DNA of 38,465 nucleotides from positions 1-38,465 of the forward strand of contig CAMAQW010000001.1 in NCBI GenBank assembly GCA_945860335.1. The letters are read 5' to 3'. Positions 38,251 through 38,465 of this stretch are shown piece after piece (the first letter of the stretch is position 1; the number at the start of each line of letters is the position of its first letter). The notes beneath the pieces were generated by a model. The model saw only the letters and a list, made by a program, of their open reading frames with translations, was not told the origin of the DNA and ran no database searches. This stretch comes from Sediminibacterium ginsengisoli. Lineage in GTDB: Bacteria > Bacteroidota > Bacteroidia > Chitinophagales > Chitinophagaceae. The position numbers and the translations under genes are program-made.

Positions 38251-38465
38251 ATGAAAGTAGCAGTCGTAGGGGCAACTGGCCTGGTAGGTACAAAAATGTT
38301 ACAAGTACTTGCCGAACGTAATTTTCCTGTCACTGAAATTGTACCCGTAGCATCTGAAAGATCTGTTGGTAAAGAAGTACAGTTTAAAGGTAAAGCGTAT
38401 AAGGTGGTAAGTATGGAAGATGGTATCGCTGCCAAACCTGCTGTTGCTATATTTTCGGCGGGTGG
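38251..38465 (+). CDS. asd: Aspartate-semialdehyde dehydrogenase, 3'-truncated by window edge
   Basis: Translation MKVAVVGATGLVGTKMLQVLAERNFPVTEIVPVASERSVGKEV...AIFSAG; not in the ORF track because it has no stop in the window. Confidence 0.93.
   Translation, partial: MKVAVVGATGLVGTKMLQVLAERNFPVTEIVPVASERSVGKEVQFKGKAYKVVSMEDGIAAKPAVAIFSAG

Noticed and set aside
38027-38435. 75-aa (+) and 70-aa (-) ORFs near asd
   Set aside because: The first runs through the attenuator terminator; the second is antisense to asd.
1-38465. CRISPR arrays, IS elements, prophage or defence genes
   Set aside because: No regularly spaced repeats, transposase, integrase or phage-like genes recognised by eye.

Overview
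AT-rich, compact bacterial chromosome segment. SusC/SusD genes, TAnnTTTG-type promoter boxes and gene content point to Bacteroidota, probably Chitinophagaceae-like (inference). 1-19959: partial GMC oxidoreductase, SGNH lipoprotein, then a ROK-associated polysaccharide utilization locus (GlcNAc 2-epimerase, FAD oxidoreductase with SLH-like C-terminus, SusC/SusD, GH92, two GHL10 hydrolases, AmpG-like MFS, DUF4434-like protein, NAGPA-type phosphodiester glycosidase). 20021-20184 (-): a 164-nt tRNA-like RNA missed by the ORF track, with a complete cloverleaf, GUC (Asp) anticodon, G73, a U1-A72 first pair, a non-canonical U37 and a 92-nt structured insertion in the variable arm. It has a candidate promoter and terminator and lies divergent from an AsnC-like regulator. 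This is the best candidate for an undescribed system. 20813-38465: mostly housekeeping genes (GT2-OppC fusion, MarR, acyl-CoA dehydrogenase, amidase, CMD protein, OFOR beta, YciO-like, rnhB, ctaA, lipid kinase, fabH, hydrolase, typA, obgE, TetR, PfkB), ending in asd preceded by a Lys/Thr-rich leader-peptide attenuator. All protein calls come from motif recognition by eye; no database search was run.
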